From positions 63,184 through 127,183 of the IMG/VR virus record IMGVR_UViG_3300014613_000017: a DNA stretch of 64,000 nucleotides; one strand, 5' to 3'. Source of the DNA: a virus. How positions within the stretch are numbered: position 1 is the first letter of the stretch; every line of letters starts with the position of its first letter. The notes under the pieces are model-generated. The model saw nothing but the letters and a program-made list of their open reading frames with translations. It had not been told where the DNA came from and made no database searches. The position numbers and the translations under genes are program-made. Below, one piece after another: positions 29,311 through 40,400 of the stretch.

Positions 29311-29624
29311 CTCTACTTTCAAACTCGGATTATAGAAACTATCTAATCGACCTAAAGAACAGAGTATATAAAATCCTGCCTCTATATGAGGAAGAAAATG
29401 AGTGTTTAACAGAATACATTGACAGTGTATGCTTTGAGCTTTATGGACTAAGAAAATTAATTGCAGATTTGCCACATGGTATTTGGTACATTAAATCGTT
29501 AGCTACATTGGAACAAATGAAAGTTGAAACATTAAATGTTGGACACAAGAAGAGAGTTAAAAAAGAAACGTTCAAAGTGTTAAAACTAATCGACAACCAA
29601 ATAGATGTATTGAAAGGAGAATGA
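29307..29624 (+). CDS. hypothetical virion morphogenesis protein
   Basis: ATGA overlap with upstream gene. Confidence 0.55.
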   Translation: MTLLSNSDYRNYLIDLKNRVYKILPLYEEENECLTEYIDSVCFELYGLRKLIADLPHGIWYIKSLATLEQMKVETLNVGHKKRVKKETFKVLKLIDNQIDVLKGE

Positions 29625-29628
29625 GAAC

Positions 29629-30291
29629 ATGAGTATTTATAAGTCTTATCGTGATCGAGTCACTGTTTCAGGAACTTCTATGCAAGATGCTGTACAGGGA
29701 ACAACTAAAAGACAGCAATTAAATTTCATCATGAACTCCCCTTCTCTTTCGTATGTCAAATTGAACAGCGGCATTGAAAACCTCCCTTGTATCGTATCTG
29801 ATAAAGATTCGTTTAATAAAAGGGAGTTTTTATTTCTACCTGACTCAATTATAAATGTTGGTGATTATATTCACTATGATACGTTTACTTACTTGGCTAC
29901 CGACAGAAACAGAAATGATATTTATCCTGAACTAACAGGCGAATTATGCAATGACACTTATAAACTGACTACAGGAACTATTAAAACGCTTGTTGGACAC
30001 GATGACTTTGGTAAGCCTATTTATGATTACATGGATCAGACGGAGAATATTCCTTGCGTAATGACAACTAAATCATATAGCACAGCAGAAAATGCACCTA
30101 TTCCTTTACCTGATGGAAGCATGATATTAAAACTTCCTTATACACAGGGAATGTATCCAAATATTAATGATGAGTTTATTCATAGAGAAATACAGTACCA
30201 AGTTACTGATGTCCTATATGAAAATGTCATCCAAGAAATCGGATACGTTGAAGTTAGGTTGAAGACTGAGGTGAACACTAGTGGCAATTAA
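29629..30291 (+). CDS. head closure/neck protein-like
   Basis: Position; beta-rich pattern. Confidence 0.45.
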   Translation: MSIYKSYRDRVTVSGTSMQDAVQGTTKRQQLNFIMNSPSLSYVKLNSGIENLPCIVSDKDSFNKREFLFLPDSIINVGDYIHYDTFTYLATDRNRNDIYPELTGELCNDTYKLTTGTIKTLVGHDDFGKPIYDYMDQTENIPCVMTTKSYSTAENAPIPLPDGSMILKLPYTQGMYPNINDEFIHREIQYQVTDVLYENVIQEIGYVEVRLKTEVNTSGN

Positions 30292-30790
30292 ACAAGGCTC
30301 AATGAGACAGGTTATAAACAACATAAATCAGATACTAATCAATGATGAAGAGCTGCTAAGACTGTTGTATTACTCTCCTAGAGATGCTACTCACCTTGAC
30401 CCATTAGATGAGACACTTCCCAATGTAAAAGACTTTGAAACTTATTGGGATGTCGTTGATGATCGCATTATGTTAGCTGAAAAAGATTCAGACTTAAGCA
30501 CAAAAGCGATTTGTCGTATTTATATATCAGCAGGAAGACGTAGACCAGTGTTTGATAACTACTACCTAGTTACTCAAGAAGTCATGATTAGTGTATACAC
30601 ACATGAAACATATGAGAAGGATATGCGTTCTGCATGGATATCAGATAGAGTTAGTGAGTTATTAGCATTGGAATACATTGAAGGCACATTGAGCCATAAG
30701 ATGGAATACGTTGGTGGCAATCCTCGTGTTGCTCCTGTTCAATATAAGAAATACGAACATATTTATGAATATGTAACGAAGAAGAAGTGA
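30281..30790 (+). CDS. tail completion/terminator-like protein
   Basis: Position upstream of tail tube. Confidence 0.45.
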   Translation: MAIKQGSMRQVINNINQILINDEELLRLLYYSPRDATHLDPLDETLPNVKDFETYWDVVDDRIMLAEKDSDLSTKAICRIYISAGRRRPVFDNYYLVTQEVMISVYTHETYEKDMRSAWISDRVSELLALEYIEGTLSHKMEYVGGNPRVAPVQYKKYEHIYEYVTKKK

Positions 30791-30796
30791 TGAATT

Positions 30797-31540
30797 ATGG
30801 ATGATAAAGATTTTTATATCTTCGGATTACCTGTACAGACTGAATTTGGTGAAATAAGATTCTTAACTTACTTGGAGTATCTTCAAAATTTGTCAGAGCT
30901 GTCTGCCATGAGTCAGAATGTATTGCATATTTATTATCAATACAAGAATCACTATGACAGAATGAAGTTAGATGAAGATACAAAGAAAGAAATTGAAGAG
31001 TCTTTAGACGCTCTAAAGAATGAGTCTTTATTAGATATTGTAATGAACAGAGATGATCTTGAAGTAGCATATAGAAAAATATTCAATTTAGTTATAGCTG
31101 ACAAAAAAGTAGTAAACATGATACTCAGTGATGAAGACATGTTTATGACATATAGAAAACTAGTATTAGATATGAATATGATGACTGAAAGCTTAGTGTC
31201 TCCTAATCCAGAAATTCAAAAAGGATATGAAAGAAGTAAACGAGCTAAAGTGTCAGCCAATCAAGACAAGCAATCATTTGGTGATATTATATCAATAATT
31301 GTAGTTGGTGCAGGGATATTACCACAAGATGTTGCTCGTATGACAGTATTACAAGTTTACTCAACATACTTTAGAATTTCTAGATTTCAGAATTACACTA
31401 CAACTACATTGTTTGCAACAGTGTCTGAAAAGGTTCAAATCGAAAGCTGGGCAGCTCACGTTAATATGTGGGAACAAGATAGTCATGCAATTGAGTATAG
31501 CAAGTTCAAGAACACAACAGGTAATATGCTTAATGATTAA
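30797..31540 (+). CDS. hypothetical tail-region protein
   Basis: 247 aa ORF in operon. Confidence 0.6.
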   Translation: MDDKDFYIFGLPVQTEFGEIRFLTYLEYLQNLSELSAMSQNVLHIYYQYKNHYDRMKLDEDTKKEIEESLDALKNESLLDIVMNRDDLEVAYRKIFNLVIADKKVVNMILSDEDMFMTYRKLVLDMNMMTESLVSPNPEIQKGYERSKRAKVSANQDKQSFGDIISIIVVGAGILPQDVARMTVLQVYSTYFRISRFQNYTTTTLFATVSEKVQIESWAAHVNMWEQDSHAIEYSKFKNTTGNMLND

Positions 31541-31586
31541 TTTATTAAGCATAGATAAATTTTTAAAAATATTAGGAGGAAATTAA

Positions 31587-32321
31587 ATGAAATTATTAGT
31601 TACAGACACAGCAGACGTAGTTATGAAACGTAAATCAGATGGACATGTTTTCATTACTACTGAAGCTCAATTAACGTCTATTAGTCAGACATTAGGTATC
31701 AACGAAAAAATCTATGGTGGAATTGGTAACAAGCCACTTGCTATCATGAAGGGTCAAAAAGAGATTACATCTTCTTTGCGTAATGCATTCTATGATCAAG
31801 AGTTCTTGTCGTTAACTCAAGGTGTATCTATTACAGAAAACGGAACAGCTACAATCGCTCACACAGAAAAAGGTCTAAAAGTTGTGGACAATGTAGGTGT
31901 ACTTGAAGTAACAATCACTGGTACTCCAGTAGGTGCAACAGCTTATGTACGTAACGCAAAAGGTGAAACTGAGTCTGCTGCAATCACTTCTTCAAAAGTA
32001 ACTGTTCCAGCAGGACACGCTATTGTTGGCGAAACGGTTTCAGTAACATACGATATGTCGATAACTGGTAGCATTGTTGAGTTAGATGGGGAAAAATTTG
32101 CTGAAGCATATGAGCTTGAGTATCATACAATTGCTTATAACCCAGATACAAACAGAGTAGTAAAAGATATTTACATTCAATTAGACCACGTTATTCCGAT
32201 TGATGAATTTGAGTTGAGCTTAGAAAATGGTACGGCAATCGCACCAGAAGTTAACTTCGAATGTTTAACTGCGCCAAACTCTACATCAATTGGACGTATT
32301 ATCGAAGTTGATCGTGTATAA
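31587..32321 (+). CDS. major tail tube protein
   Basis: Strong RBS AGGAGG, beta-rich 244 aa, followed by a terminator; position. Confidence 0.6.
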   Translation: MKLLVTDTADVVMKRKSDGHVFITTEAQLTSISQTLGINEKIYGGIGNKPLAIMKGQKEITSSLRNAFYDQEFLSLTQGVSITENGTATIAHTEKGLKVVDNVGVLEVTITGTPVGATAYVRNAKGETESAAITSSKVTVPAGHAIVGETVSVTYDMSITGSIVELDGEKFAEAYELEYHTIAYNPDTNRVVKDIYIQLDHVIPIDEFELSLENGTAIAPEVNFECLTAPNSTSIGRIIEVDRV

Positions 32322-32343
32322 TTAATAAATTATAATTATTATT

Positions 32344-32372
32344 AGAGGGCAGATTTATCTGTTCCTCTTTTT
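32344..32372 (+). terminator. intrinsic terminator after tail tube gene
   Basis: AGAGGGCAGA-loop-TCTGTTCCTCT then T-run. Confidence 0.6.
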
Positions 32373-32427
32373 ACATAGCAGCACAATTTAATTAGCGTGT
32401 TGCAAATGAAAACAAGGAGGAATCACA

Positions 32428-32997
32428 ATGACAACTAAAACAAAAAAAGCAAATCAACCTTCAACAAAAAATAAGCGTCAACGCAATATAAAGCTATCGG
32501 ATATTCAAGCTAAACAAAAAGATATTAATAAGCTATCCACACATGTTTACGACAAAGAAAATAATATTGTAATTCGTTACAATGAAAAATTTAATCCAGC
32601 AACAACTGAGAAACTTTTAAATCTTACTTATGACAACTTAGTTTTTGCGGAAAAGAACAATATTAACTACTTCAAAAATGACACAGCTTTCTTGCAATAT
32701 ATTTACTTTTTAATAATCAAGTTTTACAGCAATTTAGGTAAGGACATTCCTGACAAATTAGATGAGCAAATACCAGTATTCCATAGCATTATCGAAACAG
32801 GTCTATTTGAATTATTCTTCAATGAGTTGTTTGACCCAGAGGAAGTATTGGGAGTTGTCGATAAAGTTAAGTCATTCGCTCAAGTCATTGACCAAATTGC
32901 ACAACTTGATGAGCATATTCGTGAGCAAGTCTTGTCCTCAATTGAATCACCTGTCCTTAAGAATAAGCTAGAAGAAAACAGTGGCTTAAATGGCTAA
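32428..32997 (+). CDS. tail assembly chaperone-like protein
   Basis: Position after tail tube. Confidence 0.45.
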   Translation: MTTKTKKANQPSTKNKRQRNIKLSDIQAKQKDINKLSTHVYDKENNIVIRYNEKFNPATTEKLLNLTYDNLVFAEKNNINYFKNDTAFLQYIYFLIIKFYSNLGKDIPDKLDEQIPVFHSIIETGLFELFFNELFDPEEVLGVVDKVKSFAQVIDQIAQLDEHIREQVLSSIESPVLKNKLEENSGLNG

Positions 32998-33466
32998 GAA
33001 AGGCTTTAATAACCTAGATGAAATAGAAGCTTATCTTCAGAAAAACGTCATGGAGATTCTATCACGTGATGCTTCCATTGAACGGATACTTTCAGAGACT
33101 ATGAGTCAAGCGGTAATCGACGTAGTTTATGGAAGCTACGCTCCTACTCAATATGAGAGACGTGCAGATGAATCGGGATTGTCTGATGTTAGAAACATGG
33201 TCATATCTGACTGGGGTGTACGAGATGGAAAAGTATTTCTAATATTCGAGAACCTTACAGAAGGTGTAGATTCAATGGAAGGTAAGTTTATTGGTGACAT
33301 GATTGAGTACGGAATTAAAGAATTGTGGAACAATCCTGCTGGAGAGTGGAGTGAGCCTAGACCATTCTCGGAAGAAACAGTTAACCGACTTAATGCTGAT
33401 CCTTCTGAGTTGTTGAGTGCCTTACGGACTGCACTAGAGGCAAGAGGATTTACAGTTAAGAAATAG
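32990..33466 (+). CDS. HK97 gp10-like / tail-region protein
   Basis: C-terminal EPRPF motif typical of gp10-like proteins; position. Confidence 0.45.
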   Translation: MAKKGFNNLDEIEAYLQKNVMEILSRDASIERILSETMSQAVIDVVYGSYAPTQYERRADESGLSDVRNMVISDWGVRDGKVFLIFENLTEGVDSMEGKFIGDMIEYGIKELWNNPAGEWSEPRPFSEETVNRLNADPSELLSALRTALEARGFTVKK

Positions 33467-33510
33467 TAAATTATAAAATAAATTAAATAATAAGACATGG
33501 ATGTGAACGA

Positions 33511-34494
33511 ATGAGTCAAGTTAAAATAAAACCTGTTACAGAAGCCGAATGGTTAGAGTGTCATGAGTGGAACAGAATGATAATTACAGAGTTTCTTCAA
33601 CAATCACACTTATCACCACACACTAGGAAACAATACCGATCTGCCTTATATATTTTCGCAAGATATGTTAAAGACAATATGATGAACAAGCCTATTCATG
33701 ACCTTAAAGTAAGAGATGCCTTAAAATACCAAAACTTCTTAGATGACTTAGGACTATCCTCTAGCTCAGTTAGGTTTAAAAGAAGTTCTGTTTCGAGTTT
33801 GAGTAACTTCATTGAACTTTACTATGGTGAGGATTTCCCTAAATTTAGACAAATCTTTAATAAAGCTATTCCATCGCCAAGTAAAAATACCGTTCACGAA
33901 AAGATTCCATTAACTAAAGAAGAATTTGAATTCCTAATAGAAACTTTGAGAGAACAGAATGAGCTACAAATGATTGCTTACATTTTATTCTCATATTATT
34001 CTGGTGCTAGAAGATCAGAGGTCGTCCAACTTAAAAAGGAAATAGTGAATTATGAGCAAGTTAAAGACGAAATATCAGGTGAATCACTTGGTTACTATCA
34101 GACACACCTACTCAGAACAAAAGGCAAATCCAAGACAGGAAACGTTAGACGGTTAGACTTTAATGAGATTGCTCGAAAAGCAATTGAGGAATGGTTAATT
34201 TTTAGAGGTGAGGACGATTGTGAGGCTGTTTTTGTCAAGAAGAGCAAAGATGGCAAAGTCACCCCTCTTAACCCCGAAGCGTTTAATGGTTGGTGCACAA
34301 ATAAGTTTTCTAAAATTATTCAAAAAAGAATTACTCCTCATAATTTCCGTAGAACTCGGGCGACACATTTAGTTGTTCATGAAGGGAAAGATATTAGTGT
34401 TGCTCAGGATTTGCTTGGGCATCAATCCTCAGAAACGACTAGCATATACGTTATTAATCCGAATGCGAATAATGTTCGTGGTGCATTCGAATGA
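33511..34494 (+). CDS. tyrosine recombinase embedded in the tail module (YomM-like)
   Basis: Catalytic set GARRSE (R), HNFRR (HxxR), LLGH, TSIY intact. Confidence 0.85.
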   Translation: MSQVKIKPVTEAEWLECHEWNRMIITEFLQQSHLSPHTRKQYRSALYIFARYVKDNMMNKPIHDLKVRDALKYQNFLDDLGLSSSSVRFKRSSVSSLSNFIELYYGEDFPKFRQIFNKAIPSPSKNTVHEKIPLTKEEFEFLIETLREQNELQMIAYILFSYYSGARRSEVVQLKKEIVNYEQVKDEISGESLGYYQTHLLRTKGKSKTGNVRRLDFNEIARKAIEEWLIFRGEDDCEAVFVKKSKDGKVTPLNPEAFNGWCTNKFSKIIQKRITPHNFRRTRATHLVVHEGKDISVAQDLLGHQSSETTSIYVINPNANNVRGAFE

Positions 34495-35456
34495 GTAATG
34501 ATATAGGTATCTATAAAATCAAAAACATCGCAAATGGGAAAGTTTACATTGGACAAAGTAGAGGTTTACACAAGAGACTGACCCAACACAAAAACTTATT
34601 AAATACTAATAGGCATCCCAATCCACACCTTCAGTATTCGTACAATAAGTACGGTGCAGAGGGTTTTTATTTTGAGGTTATTGAAAACTGTAAGATAAAC
34701 ATGCTTAATAACAGAGAAATTTATTGGATGAATTATTATAAAAGCTTTGATAAAAGTAAGGGCTACAATATTACTGCTGTAAATGAAGAATTAACTTCCT
34801 ATGCTTTAGCTGAAGAAACAAAAAAGAAAATCAGCGATTCACATATGAAATATGATGATGACGAATTGCTAACATATTTACAAGAATACTTCTACATGGA
34901 AGGAAAAGTTCCCACGCAAAGAGATTTTGTTGGTGAAAAATATCCTAGCTATACATTGTATTTTAGTAGATTTGGAAGCTTTAAAGACGGAATTATTAAA
35001 GCTGGTCTTTATGATTTTGTTAAAAATAAAAAGCTTTTTACAAGAGAATTGTTATCAAGAGAAAAAATTATAGAGAATTATGAAATATTCATTAAGAACA
35101 ATGGTAGATTCCCTTCAACTGAAGAAATGAGACACACATCGAAAAGTGGACTTTATCCCACTTCATCTGTAATGAGAGTATTTAATTCCATAGAAGAATT
35201 TAAAACAATATTAGGGTTTTCAAAAGAAAGCATAATTCAAAAAGAAAATGAAGATGCTCTAATGGCTCTCAAGAAACTTTATGATGAACAGGGATATGTA
35301 GAAGTAAGAAGCATCGACAAGAGTAGGATTACTAAATCAGGTAAGTTCTATTCTAATCGTTTTGGAAGTTTTCCAAATGCCTATTTACTTGCAGGAATTG
35401 ATCCTGTTGAAAACAGAAATAGGCTTAAAGTGCGCAATCTTCTCTCTAAGTCTTAA
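34491..35456 (+). CDS. GIY-YIG homing endonuclease
   Basis: GIYKIKNIANGKVYIGQS...R...H; REIYW; GYN. Confidence 0.85.
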   Translation: MSNDIGIYKIKNIANGKVYIGQSRGLHKRLTQHKNLLNTNRHPNPHLQYSYNKYGAEGFYFEVIENCKINMLNNREIYWMNYYKSFDKSKGYNITAVNEELTSYALAEETKKKISDSHMKYDDDELLTYLQEYFYMEGKVPTQRDFVGEKYPSYTLYFSRFGSFKDGIIKAGLYDFVKNKKLFTRELLSREKIIENYEIFIKNNGRFPSTEEMRHTSKSGLYPTSSVMRVFNSIEEFKTILGFSKESIIQKENEDALMALKKLYDEQGYVEVRSIDKSRITKSGKFYSNRFGSFPNAYLLAGIDPVENRNRLKVRNLLSKS

Positions 35457-35591
35457 AGCTTTGAACAGGCAGCTCTGTCCCCTTTCAGAGCTGTTAATTG
35501 AAAACTTTAATAAAAGACCACTTTTATTTACTTAAAATTATAACACCATTAATAAAATATAAACTTTTCTCAATAAGTATGAATAACTATT

Positions 35592-35620
35592 CTGACAATT
35601 GGATATAATTATGGTATAAT
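35592..35620 (+). promoter_or_regulatory. sigmaA-type promoter (CTGACA-17-TATAAT, extended TG) for the lipoprotein gene
   Basis: Sequence match. Confidence 0.55.
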
Positions 35621-35673
35621 ACATTAATTTGTAATTATCATGTTTTAATTATAATCCAATTGGAGGAAGAGTA

Positions 35674-36246
35674 ATGAAGAAAAGTTTATTTATTAGTGGA
35701 TCGTTGTGTGCCATGTTTATGCTATATGGTTGTACTGAAGCAGAATTAAATGGTAGTGGAGAACTTTCCGAAGAATATGTAGAATCAGCATTTGATAAGC
35801 TTAATGATGAAACAGCAGCCAAGCTACCTGAAAATGTAGAAAATGGAACTGTTTCAGAAGAAATATATAATGAATCAATGCGATTTGTTTCTGAATTTAC
35901 AGAGTATCAAAATGACATGTTTGGCTATTTAGACAAAATAAATGAGGACTCTTCACTGAAAGAAGATGAATTTTTCCTTGATGATTTCAGAGAAAGCATT
36001 GATTCATATGAAGTATTCCTAAAAGGATTTCATCTTTCACCTAAAACTGAAGCAGACATTGAATTAAACAATAATCTTTCTGACACCATCTTCTATATGT
36101 CCTATGTAGTTTCTGGTCTTAGACAGTATGTTAATACAAAAGACGCACTTCATGTAAATTCACTTGAGGAAAATGTAAATGAAGCATCGACATCTTATGA
36201 CGCTTTAGGAAATAGTTTAATGAAATATGAGCTATATACTGAATAA
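35674..36246 (+). CDS. lipoprotein moron (acidic), possible superinfection-exclusion factor
   Basis: Signal peptide with lipobox LYGC; own promoter and downstream terminator. Confidence 0.65.
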   Translation: MKKSLFISGSLCAMFMLYGCTEAELNGSGELSEEYVESAFDKLNDETAAKLPENVENGTVSEEIYNESMRFVSEFTEYQNDMFGYLDKINEDSSLKEDEFFLDDFRESIDSYEVFLKGFHLSPKTEADIELNNNLSDTIFYMSYVVSGLRQYVNTKDALHVNSLEENVNEASTSYDALGNSLMKYELYTE

Positions 36247-36286
36247 AGAGAAATAATTTCAACTCCAACTAAATAAATATAACTAA

Positions 36287-36320
36287 AACGACTCGTTAGC
36301 TAGGAGTCGTTTTTTATTTT
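36287..36320 (+). terminator. intrinsic terminator after lipoprotein gene
   Basis: AACGACTC...GAGTCGTT then T-run. Confidence 0.7.
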
Positions 36321-36437
36321 GCCCAAATTTAATATGAGTAAATTATAACCTAAAACTAATAAATATTTTAAACTAAGAAGTGTCTTTAATCAGACGCTTC
36401 TTTTTTATTTTCATTTTTATAGAAAAGAGGCGGTTAA

Positions 36438-37454
36438 ATGGCAAGAAAAAAGTCTAATGACACTATTTACGACACTTCAAATGAAATACGCAAGACAGAC
36501 AAGCACAGTGGTATTTATAAAATTACAAACAGCGACAATGGAAAAGTATACATTGGTCAAAGCGTCAATGTATTTAAAAGAGTCAATATACACAGAACAA
36601 ATCTTAGAAGAGGTGTGCATGGAAATAACCATCTTCAATTATCATGGAATAAATATGGAGAAGATTCTTTCCAATTCGAGATTGTTGAGTTTTGTGAGGA
36701 AGAGTTGCTAAACTCAAAAGAGTGTAGCTGGATTGCGTTTTACAACTCGGCAGACAAACACAATGGCTACAATTCCATGATTCCTGACCCAGAAGCAAAG
36801 AAGTTTCGCCACTCAAAAAAGACAATAGAATTTCTTGCTAACAGAGTAGATTTCACAAAAGAAGAATTATTGACTTATCTTCATGAGTTCTTTTATATGG
36901 AAGGCAGATTGCCTGACCCTAAAGATAAAAATAATCCTGAGTTACAAGGATATCCTAAATTGCATCACTTTGTAACAGCTTTTGGGACTGTTGCAAGTGC
37001 ATTTGAAGAAGCAGGACTGTCAGAATACGATCATAAAGCGAAGCTAAGGAATAAGACGCTTTATACAAAAGAGAGAGTGTTAATACAATTTACAAATTTC
37101 ATTGATGAGCATGGTAGATTCCCAAACATAGATGAGAGACAAGACACTAAGAATTACGACATGCCAACTCATTATGTTATAAAGAAACTTTTTGGTGGGA
37201 TGAATCAACTTAGAGCAGAATTGGGATATGATTTCAACTCACTAAAAGAAATCGAAAAAACGGAATCTTTGAATGGATTGAAAAAACTGAGTGAAAACAA
37301 AGAAGCGATTACACTAAAAACTATAGCGGAGTGCCCTTGGACTAAAAGTGGTGAATACTACAAGAAACATTTTGGAAGTGTAGATAATGCATTAAAACTT
37401 GCTGGAATAGACCCACTAGAAAATAAACGAAAAAAGAAATCATTAAATAAATAA
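36438..37454 (+). CDS. GIY-YIG homing endonuclease (paralog of 34491-35456)
   Basis: GIYKITNSDNGKVYIGQS; same repeated C-terminal helical modules. Confidence 0.85.
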   Translation: MARKKSNDTIYDTSNEIRKTDKHSGIYKITNSDNGKVYIGQSVNVFKRVNIHRTNLRRGVHGNNHLQLSWNKYGEDSFQFEIVEFCEEELLNSKECSWIAFYNSADKHNGYNSMIPDPEAKKFRHSKKTIEFLANRVDFTKEELLTYLHEFFYMEGRLPDPKDKNNPELQGYPKLHHFVTAFGTVASAFEEAGLSEYDHKAKLRNKTLYTKERVLIQFTNFIDEHGRFPNIDERQDTKNYDMPTHYVIKKLFGGMNQLRAELGYDFNSLKEIEKTESLNGLKKLSENKEAITLKTIAECPWTKSGEYYKKHFGSVDNALKLAGIDPLENKRKKKSLNK

Positions 37455-37478
37455 ATTATAATGAAAAGTGGTGAATAA

Positions 37479-40400
37479 ATGAATACAAATAACGGGATAG
37501 AATTAAAAATAATTTTGGGTATCAACGATACAGCATCTAAAGGAAACTTAAACTCACAAATAACCGAGCTTCAGAAGAAACTCGACCAAGTTAAAATTGA
37601 TATTAAGATTGATCCGAAGGCTGTAGCAGCTTTAGAAAAACTTTCTACAATGGACTTCTCAAAACTTACACAATCAGTTGGAGAAGTTAGAAAAGAATCA
37701 GAGAAAATGGCAACAGCAACAGCAGCAGAAATTGAAACTGCTATGAAGAAAGCCACTGAAGCAATTGGTATCAACTTTAAGAGAGTCATTAAAGGTAGCA
37801 CTGATGATTTAGATGAATTTAAAAAAGAATTAGCAGGAACAAACGCTAATATTAAAGTAAACTTTGATGTCAAAAATGGCAGAAAAGAATTAAACACGCT
37901 TAAGGCTTCTATTGAAAGAGAAGGAATTACACAAACAGTAACCTTCGAAAAAGTGAGTAGGCAGATTGATGCAAGTCGTTCTGATATAGTTTGGATGCCC
38001 AAAGCGATTGAGGAAACAGACAGACAGCTTTCTAATGCTGCTAAGAGCACAAATGAGTTAGTTGCTAAGATGAATAAGCTTCAGACTGAGGGTAAAATTT
38101 CTAATCAACAGTTTGAAGAATTGACATCATCTATTAGTAAGATTAGCAATAGCAGTGGTTTAAATCGTGTTAATCAGATGATGGATGAGATGGTCGCTTC
38201 AACTAAAAAAGTTAATGCCAATTTAGCTGAAAGAGATCAGATTGAGAAACGATTAGTTGCCAACCAACAAAAAATTCAAACTCAAGTTTTAGCGGTTGAA
38301 AAAGCAATGAAGTCAAACCCTTCATTGGGAAATAGTCAAGAAGCAAAAGAATTGTTAGCAAGCTATCAAAAATTAAATCCTGCATCCAAAGATTTCAAAG
38401 ACAATATTTTTGATGTAAATACTCAATTCTCAAAAATGAAAACTGCTGCTTCAGAGGCTTCACGCAGTTCAATGGGAATGGTAGATTCATTTAAAGTTGC
38501 AATGGAAAAATTTCCCATATGGATGGCAGCCTCTACTATATTCTACGCAGTCACACGAGGAGCTACTGATTTAACAAGAAAAGTAATTGAGCTAGATACC
38601 GCAATGGTAGATTTACAGCGAGTTATGGACTTACCAGAATACAAGTTTAATGAGGTTCTTGAACAGTCTATTATCAATGTTGAAAACCTATCAGGTAAAT
38701 TAGGCGACTATATGAAGCTAGTTACTGAATTTGGTCGTATGGGATACAACGAAATTGAAACTTTAGATATGTCTAATACTGCCCAAATGCTTACCAATAT
38801 TTCAGATTTAACAGCAGATGAGTCAGTATCAAGCTTAGTAGCAGCTATGACCGCATTTAATATTACAGCAGAAGACTCAGTTGATATTGCAGACAAGCTA
38901 AATGAAGTAGACAATCAATACTCAATCACTACTCAAGACTTAGCTAAGTCCATGAACAAATCTGCTTCAACGGCAAGAGTTTTCGGTGCTTCTCTAGAGG
39001 AGCTACTTGGTTACACCACCGCAATTGGATCAGCAACCCGTGAATCAGGAAATGTTGTTGGTACATCGCTGAAAACAATTATGAGTAGAATAATGACTAT
39101 GCCACAAGCTGCGACTGCCCTAAGTGAAATAGGAATATCAATTAAGGATATGGAAGGTCAAGTTAGACCCGTAGCAGATGTAATTGATGAACTAGGCAGA
39201 AAATGGAATACTTTAAGCAGTGAAGAACAACAAAATACAGCAATTAAGGTTGCTGGTATGCACCAATTGAGTAGATTTAATGCATTAATGCTAAACTACG
39301 AAACAGCAGTTGATGCAACTACAACTGCAATGGACGCACAAGGATCAGCCACTCGTGAGCAAGAAAAATACAACAAGAGTTTAGAAGCAAGAATCAACCG
39401 CTTAAGTACAGCTTGGTACGGACTTGCTGACAGTGTGGGACAAAGTATTCTGTATGACGGAATTGTAGTATTTACTGAATCCTTAGAAGGTGCAACTAAA
39501 GCTGGAGATTCGACAGTAGCTAGTATCGGTGCACTTCCATTAATATTAGGTATTACTGGAGCTTCTGTAGCATTACTAAGTTCAAGATTCAGCACATGGA
39601 CTGGAACAATGATTGCAAACCGTGCAGCTACAATGGCAACAACCGCAGCAAACGGAAGTTTATCAGCTTCATTCTTAAATTTAGCGGAAACGTCTACTGT
39701 TGCACAAAGAGCACTTATGATGACTGGTGTTGGTGCGGCTTTAGTAGCTGTAGGAGTAGGACTTTCTTTATTCACAAAGGCATACTCTAAGCACATTCAA
39801 GAACAAGAAGAGTTTGATAACTACATTCAGAAAAACACAGAGGCAATGAATAGCAATAGAGAAGCTACAATGGGATTAATCAGTGAATACAACAACCTCT
39901 CCGAAGCAAAAGAAAAAGGAGATTGGAGTTCTGAAAAAGAAGAAGAATATCTATCAGTCCAACAAAAATTAGGTGAAATTTTCCCAGCACTTATAAAGAA
40001 AATAGACTCTACTGGACAATCTCACCTAAAAAACAAAGAAGCTATTGAAGCAGAAATAAAGGCAACTAATGACTTAATAGACGCTCAAAACAATGCCACT
40101 GTAGAAAACTCTAATAAAGAATTCGAAAGAATGAATGAAGAGCTTAGTGGATCGTGGTATGAGTCCTTTGCTAACTTTGCTTATGGCAGTCTAGAGTCTA
40201 GGATTAAACAACAAAAAAATCTAATTGAAGCTCTATATGAAATGGATGCCAACAAAGGTGCTATTGCAGAAGAAGAATTAAAACTAAAACAATTAGAACG
40301 CCAATACCAGCAAACCAGCGAAGAGATTAAAGGTCACATCTTCACTGTAGCAAATGCTATGAGCAATATTAAGATAGATAGCAATCTTACTAATATGCTG

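Noticed and set aside
32428-33466. Programmed -1 frameshift between tail chaperone genes
   Set aside because: No clear slippery heptamer near the end of 32428-32997, and the downstream ORF has its own start; not supported.
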